Shown piece after piece: positions 58,890 to 64,000 of a stretch of 64,000 nt of DNA. The stretch's first letter is position 1, and every line of letters starts with the position of its first letter. A model generated the notes under the pieces. It was not told the DNA's origin. It saw only the letters and a program-made list of their open reading frames with translations, and did no database searches. The position numbers and the translations under genes were made by a program. The stretch is from positions 800,001 to 864,000 of the forward strand of contig CAWGMQ010000006.1 of the NCBI GenBank assembly GCA_963823665.1. The letters run 5' to 3'. This stretch comes from an uncultured Planctomycetota bacterium (GTDB lineage Bacteria; Planctomycetota; Planctomycetia; Isosphaerales; Isosphaeraceae).

Positions 58890-61800
58890 ATGTCCACGGA
58901 AGAGCGTTCCGCACATCGCGATCCGCTTGACCTGCTGGCGGAAGAATTCGTGGGGCGGTACCGGAGGGGCGAGCGGCCGGCGCTGGCCGAGTATGTCGAG
59001 CGCTATCCCGAGCTGGCCGAGCAGATCGAGGAGCTGTTCCCGGCCCTCTTGATGATGGAACAAGTCAAGCCGGCGGAGGGCAAGGTGGCCCCCAACTTGG
59101 CCGGCGGTGTATTGGCGGAGCCTTCGTCGCCAATTCCGATCGAGCGGTTAGGCGATTTCCGCATCCTGCGCGTGCTCGGCCGGGGTGGGATGGGCGTCGT
59201 CTACGAGGCGATCCAGGAATCGCTGGGCCGGCACGTCGCGCTCAAGGTTTTGCCACCGCACGGCCGGCTCGACGCGACCGGGCTCGGGCGTTTCCGCCGT
59301 GAGGCCCGCGCGGCTGCCGGCTTGCACCACACGAATATCGTGCCGGTGTTCGCCGTGGGTGAAGAGGATGGCGTGCCCTACTACGCGATGCAGTTCATCC
59401 GTGGCCAGGGGATCGATGCGATCCTCGATGAGCTGAGGCGGCTGCGGCATCGCGATACGCCGGCCGGCGACGAGCCTCCTCCAGCAACGCACGGCGCAGA
59501 GAATCCGCGACGTGGTAACGTGGACGCCGAGGCCGTTACCGCGGCAATCACGCAGGCGTTGCTCAGCGGGCGGTTTGCCGTACCCGTCGAACAGAAGCCG
59601 GATCAGCCGACACCCGGCACGACCGCCATAATTAATCCGACCGCGCCGGCAAACGCCGCGACCACAGGCGCGGCAACGATCCCGACCCACGACGAGACGG
59701 CTTTGATCACTCCAGAGCATTCAGACCTGATCTCCCAGCCCGGCGCTGTCTACTTTCGAACAATCGCCCGGATTGGCGCCCAGACGGCCGACGCGCTGGC
59801 CTATGCCCACGCGCAGGGGATCTGCCACCGCGACATCAAACCGTCGAACCTCCTGCTCGACGCCCGCGGAATCGTCTGGATCGCCGACTTCGGCCTCGCG
59901 AAGGCCGAGAACGTGGAGGCCGATGGAGAAGCGCTGACTCGCACCGGCGACGTCGTCGGCACACTCCGTTACATGGCCCCCGAGCGGTTTAACGGCTGGG
60001 CCGATGCGCGAGCGACGTTTACGCGCTGGGAGTGACGCTCTATGAAATGCTCACCCTCCGCCCCGCGTTCGCCGAGTCCGACCGACTCAAGCTGATCGAC
60101 CAGATCTCAAGCGCGGCCGTGACCAGACCAAGGTCGATCGACCTGAAAATCCCGAGCGACCTGGAAACGATCGTGCTCAAAGCGATGGCTCGCGACACAA
60201 CCGAGCGGTACGTCTCCGCGCGGGCACTTGCCGAAGACCTCGAGCGGTTCCTGGCCGACCGGACCATCCTCGCCCGACGCAGCTCGGTGCGCAAGCGCAC
60301 CTGGCGTTGGTGCCGTCGCAACCGGGCTCTCGCCGCGCTCACCTCGCTGGCCGCATCGCTGACCTTTGCGGTCGCAATCGTCTCGACCGTCGCGGCACTG
60401 GTCTCGATCCACCAGCTCAAGCGAACCACCGCGGCCGAGCGCCGGGCCAGACTCGCGCTCGGCAAGTCGCTGATTTCTGAAGGCGCCGCTCTGCAGCGCA
60501 CCGGCTCGATCGGCCAGCGGTTCGACAGCCTGGACCGGCTCGCCGAAGCCGCGAACGTCTTGAGTGGCGATCGCGAGGGTCGGGATCGCTTGCCAGAGAT
60601 CCGCAACCACGCGATCGCCGCCCTGGGGCTAGCCGACATGCGAGTCGTCGCCGAGCGCGACCACGGCGATGTATTCTCCTTCAGCGTCGACGCCGCCCTC
60701 GCGCGGTATGCCGTCGCCTATCGCTCCGGTGTGGTGGTCGTATACCGGCTCGACAACCATCGCGAGCTCGCCCGCCTGCCGGCGCCCGAAGAGCACAGGT
60801 TCTGGCACGTCGCGACCAGGTTCAGTCCGGACGGCGAGCTGCTGGTGGCTGACTACGCCGGGTCGGGCGGTAGAGGCGATCTCCTGCAAGTGTGGCACCT
60901 CAGACGTCGGGAATTGCTCGCAAGCGTGAAGAATCGGGACGGTGGAGCGTTCTACGGTGGTGCGTTCACCCCCGACAGCCGTCGCCTCTTATTCTGTCCG
61001 CCGGCCGGGGGCGTCGACTACTGGGATCGAAACGAGCGCCAGGTGGTCCGGCACCTGGCGCTGGAATTCACACCTCAATACCTAGCGATCGATCCCGAGG
61101 GTCGGTGGCTCGCAGTCAACAGCAAGGATGCGCCGGCGCGGGTCGTGGTGTTCGAGCTCGAATCGGGCCTCGTGTTTCGCTCCTGGACGGAACAGGTCGG
61201 TGGCGTGGCCATATCATGGAGTCAGGACGGACGTTTGCTGGCAGTCGGTTCCTGGGATGGACGAGTGTTCGTCTGGGATGTGGCAGGCTCTCGGCTGGCA
61301 GGGGTGCTTCGGGGACACACCTCCGCAATTGTGAGTGCCCAGTTCGCGCATGCCGGTCATCTGCTCGTGACTGCGAGCTGGGACGGAACTTCCCGGCTCT
61401 GGGACGCCGCCTCCGGAGAGCTTCTGGCGACCGCGTCGGGAAGTGCACACGGTTTCGCGCCGGACGACCGCCGGCTGGCCTACGAAGACGGTGGATTGCT
61501 CGGTGTCTGGGAAGTCGCCAGCGGCGACGAATGCCAAACACTTCAGCCGGGCTTGCTCGGCAACCGCGACGAGAGGCCGGATGCGACAAAAGTCGGATCA
61601 TCAGCCGCGTTCAGTCCCGACGGCCGACTGCTGGCCACCTGCGACGTGGACGGCGTCCGACTGTGGGAGGTCGACACCGGAGGCGAGGTCGCCCAGCTCA
61701 ACGATCACGGTTGCGCCGACGTGCTGTTTCACCCCGACGGCACCAGCTTGATCACCGCGGGTAAGTGGGGCCTTTTTCGCTGGCCGATCCGTCCCGATCG

Positions 61801-63651
61801 GGAGCGCGGGCCTGACGCGGTCCGCGTCGGCCCCCCCGAGCTTCTGAGAGAAACCGGCAGCCCCGAGTGGAATCGGGCAGCATGGCTACCCGATCATCGG
61901 ACACTCGCGCTCGTCGACAACGCCCGAGCGCGTGTCTTGCTCGTGGATTCGACCAACCCGCACGCGGCCTGGAGCCAACCACTAGCGCTGGACAGCGGGG
62001 AGAATCGCCGCATGGCCTCCGTGGCCGTCAGCCCCGATGGCCGCTGGCTGGCGGTTGGCGGCTGGAAAGAGGCGGGGATCCGGGTCTGGGACCTTCACAA
62101 ACGCCGGTTCGAGCGGCTTTTGAGACCGAACGATCCCGTCCGCGACATGACCTTTCTTGCCGGGTTCAGCCCCGACGGGGGCTGGCTGAGCGCGTGCATT
62201 GCCTCCAATTTGAGCCATGACTATTACTTCTGGCGCACCGCAACCTGGGACCGCGAGCACCGAATCAAGCAGGAACGTCACGCGGGGGGCTTTTTTCCTC
62301 CGGTGTATACGATCGACGGCCGGCTGATGGCCGTTGGAATCGCCCCGGATCAGGTGCTGCTGGCAGACCCCACGACCGGTCGTGAGGTCGCGCGATTGAC
62401 GACGTCAAAGCCGGTCCATCCCACGCCGCTGGCCTTCAGCCCAGACGGCACCAAGCTGGTCGCCGCGACCGACCAGAAGTCCTGTCTGATCTGGAATCTG
62501 CGGCGAATGCGTGACCAGCTCGCCCCGATCGCGCTCGACTGGGATGCCCCGCCCTATCCCGCGTCCTCTGCAACCGCGTCCACCGCCGAGTTTATCGCTC
62601 AGTCAAGGAATGTGCGGGTTGTCGGCGAGATCCTTGAGCCGCAGGCGAGGCGAAAGCGCGAGCGCGAAGAGATGGACCGCCGGCTCGCCGCCAACCCCGA
62701 TGACACTGTGGCCCTGATCCATCGGGGCTGGCTCTCCCTCACGGAACGGCGGCCGTCCGAGGCGATCGCCGATCTTGAGCATCTCCACCATCAAAATCCC
62801 GATTACGCTGATGTCGAACGGCTGCTGGGCCGCGCTTACGAGGACGCGGGCGACCCGGCGCGCGCCCTTGAATTCTACGCGCACGCGCTCGATCGCGCGC
62901 CGGAGGACCACTACACGCGTTTCGACCGCGGGATGATTCACCTGGCCCTGGGCCGATCGAAACAGGCCGCGGACGATTTCGCCTGGGTTCTCGCCGCAGA
63001 CCCAACGATTGACAAGGTCCGCTACCAGCGTGCGCGGGCTTTGATTCGCCTGGGCCGGTACCGCGATGCCCTCTCCGACATCGACTTGCTCTTCACCACA
63101 CACGCGAGCGATCCTTCTCTCTTCCATCTCAGCGGCACAGCGTATGATGCACTCGGCGAGCGCGAGCCGGCGCGGCTTGCCTGGGAGAAGGTGCATGCCC
63201 GGCTGCCAAAAGATCCGGACGTTCTTGACAAAACGGCTTGGGATTTTGCGACCGGCCCCCTCCGACTGCGCGACCCCGAGCGCGCCTGGTGATGGCTCGC
63301 CAGGCCATCGCGCTGGAACCCCGTAAATCGCTGTATCTCGAATCGCTTGGCGCCGCGCTATACGGCGTCGGTCGGTACGCCGAAGCGATCGATGTCCTGG
63401 AGCGAAGCCTCAAGGCGGGGCGAGGTCAAACGGACGCCTTCGAACTGTTCTTCCTGGCGATGTCGCATCGGGGCCTGGGCCGTCCCGGCCAGGCCTTGAT
63501 GTACTTCGACCGCGGAGTGCGTTGGCTCGACGGGAAAAAGGAACTGGCGCCGAAGCACGTCCGCGAATTGACGACATTCCGCGCCGAGGCCCGAGCCGTC
63601 CTGGCCGGCCCCGGCGGCGACCTCCCCGCTGACGTGTTCGCTCCCCCGTGA
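58890..63651 (+). CDS. Ser/Thr protein kinase with hydrophobic segment, WD40 repeats and TPRs; frameshifts near 60010 and 63288
   Basis: [48 protein letters not shown] restored across the first shift; LRGHTSAI...[10 protein letters not shown] and FSPDG repeats; C-terminal TPR helices in ORF 63238..63651. Confidence 0.92.
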
Positions 63652-63760
63652 TCGCCGATTCGTCTCCAGCCAACCCGGGGTCCACCCCGGATCATTTTCT
63701 CAATCCCCTGTGGATGCGACGCCTACTTCCGCATTTACCTCTACAGACAGGGAGCTCACA

Positions 63761-64000
63761 TTGGACCGCGAACTCGCCGAAGACGAGCTGGTACGCCGGA
63801 TCCGGGGGGGCGACCAGGCTGCGCTCGCGACCATGTTTGACCGGCACCGCGGCCGTCTCGAGAAGATGGTCCGGATTCGGCTGGATGGCAGGCTGCAAGG
63901 ACGGATCGACCCCGCGGATGTGCTCCAGGAGGCGTTTGTCGACGCGTCGAACCGGATGCTCGATTATGCACGTAACCCGGATTTTCCACTGTTCCTCTGG
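63761..64000 (+). CDS. ECF sigma-70 factor, planctomycete type (5' part)
   Basis: AGGGAG RBS plus TTG; MDRELAEDELVRRIRGGDQAALATMFDRHRGRLEKMVRIRLDGRLQGRIDPADVLQEAFVDA...PLFLW, open to the window end. Confidence 0.88.
   Translation, partial: MDRELAEDELVRRIRGGDQAALATMFDRHRGRLEKMVRIRLDGRLQGRIDPADVLQEAFVDASNRMLDYARNPDFPLFLW

Overview
High-GC bacterial window that looks planctomycetal (Isosphaeraceae-like; inferred from the ECF sigma factors, the kinase-WD40-TPR protein, the prenyltransferase-repeat gene and mcsA/mcsB). It holds about 48 CDSs, including glmS, aroB, coaD, dprA, mcsA x2/mcsB, mscL, a MazF-type TA pair and three ankyrin proteins. Main observations: (1) A structurally complete group II intron (15896-17894; RT/maturase without an endonuclease domain) sits inside one arm of a 32-bp, 9-nt-periodic inverted repeat just upstream of a GxxExxY nuclease gene, and its candidate EBS1 (CAGAAGC) matches the core of that repeat. 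(2) An operon at 2940-15630 has a giant coiled-coil membrane protein, a prenyltransferase-repeat protein, three exported paralogues built from four copies of an adaptor-hairpin-like module, and an ABC transporter. (3) A non-coding 68-bp tandem array lies at 22221-22456. At least 11 small frameshifts split otherwise intact genes; these are most likely sequencing or assembly errors. No tRNA, rRNA or CRISPR array was seen. All family assignments come from motif recognition by eye; no database searches were run.
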